Assembly (NCBI GenBank): GCA_052327205.1
Contig: CM126223.1
Span: 68,572,001-68,636,000 of the forward strand
Length of the DNA: 64,000 bases
Direction of reading: 5' to 3'
Origin: Somniosus microcephalus
Taxonomy: Eukaryota
Shown here in pieces: positions 62,876-64,000 of this stretch; the first letter of the stretch is position 1; every line of letters begins with the position of its first letter. A program made the position numbers and the translations under genes. The notes under the pieces were generated by a model. The model was not told the origin of the DNA and made no database searches. It was given only the letters and a program-made list of their open reading frames with translations.

Positions 62876-64000
62876 GTTGTGACATGTAGGTTATGAATGG
62901 GTTGCATGTCACTAATTGGCTGCTAAATATCTTCAACCGGCTAACTCTAACTCTAAAGGATCCAGTGGATGACTTGGTGACTGCACTACTGAGCAGTTCC
63001 GGCATCGCCAGAACTTGACACTGCACCGTTCAAATGTCAGTTTTGGGTTGGGTCGAATAGCTGGAACGCCAGAAAAGCACCAATGTTCTGAGCAGCACAC
63101 GAGGGAGGAGAGGCCGAGCAGCTATTTAATCAGCTATTCCAAGTGCCAGTGAGTGCTGAGCAACACTGCACTACACATTGTGGATTATGGAATCAGAAAA
63201 GATACTGGGGATTACAATTGTCTGATATGCAGGCCAGTCAGTTGCAGTGATCATTTGGTTGCAGTGACCATTTGGGTTACTGGACAGGTCAATTTTCATA
63301 ATCAGATTCTACTGTGTGTATTGTGCAGAAATCAAAAATCATCACAATACCTCCTGCTATAATTTCTTTCAGGATTGCAAAATTGTGGAACTCCTTACCT
63401 CATTCTGTCTTCCCCTCTTGCTACTATCTACAGACTTCTAAAACCCAAGCTTGGACTCGCCTATTCACTCATTCCTGATCAGCCTCACCTTTACATAGGA
63501 TATACGGCACAGAATTCTTCTCATCACTATGACCTGCTCTGTAGGCCTTTACCCTTCATCTAGATTTCTCAATTTTAGAATGATTGAGACAAACAACACA
63601 ACAGCCAGTGGCGCTACTGTAGCTCGGCAGTTCTTGGTGTATACAATGCACTTTAACAGCCTGCTATGCCGTCCTTCAGAGGAACACATTGGTTACACTT
63701 GCACTTCATTGTACTTGCAAACCTCGATCTTCACCTTTTGCAATAGCAACAGCACAAGCTGCATATTGAGATGGATTGAAGTGTACCTTTTTCCAGAAGC
63801 CTTCCATAGATACCAACTGGGCTCAGTTGGTAACATTCTTGCATCTGAAAGAAAGAAAGACTTGCATTTATATAGCGCCTTTCATGACCACCGGATGTCC
63901 CAAAGCGCTTTACAGCCAATGAGGTACTTTTTGAAGTGTAGTCACTGTTGTGATGTCAGAGACGCGGCAGCCAATTTGCACACAGCAAGCTCCCACAAAC

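Noticed and set aside
141-63919. The many short ORFs in the six-frame track
   Set aside because: Apart from those overlapping ACACA exons or TE remnants, they lack recognisable domains or splice context and fit chance ORFs.

Overview
Vertebrate nuclear DNA, most likely a cartilaginous fish given the HE1-like V-SINE, Deu-domain SINEs and shark-type CR1 tails; the species cannot be determined. The window lies inside an acetyl-CoA carboxylase 1 gene (ACACA) on the + strand. Seven GT-AG coding exons (141, 270, 98, 121, 111, 144, 121 nt) splice in frame and encode the start of the carboxyltransferase region. Two ~26-kb introns are rich in transposable elements: CR1, L2 and RTE LINEs, several SINE families, Penelope fragments with hammerhead-like cores, hAT, Tc1/mariner and Harbinger DNA elements, and one near-complete Ty3/Gypsy LTR retrotransposon (17318-21623). 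The most notable observation is that this Gypsy element has no tRNA-type primer-binding site. Instead, the 14 nt just after its 5' LTR are perfectly complementary to a segment of its own LTR, in the geometry needed for self-primed reverse transcription. It has no chromodomain and a non-canonical YLDS RT motif, and it sits in a nested stack (CR1 > Harbinger > Gypsy). Boundaries of degraded repeats are approximate, and family names come from recalled consensus motifs, not database searches.
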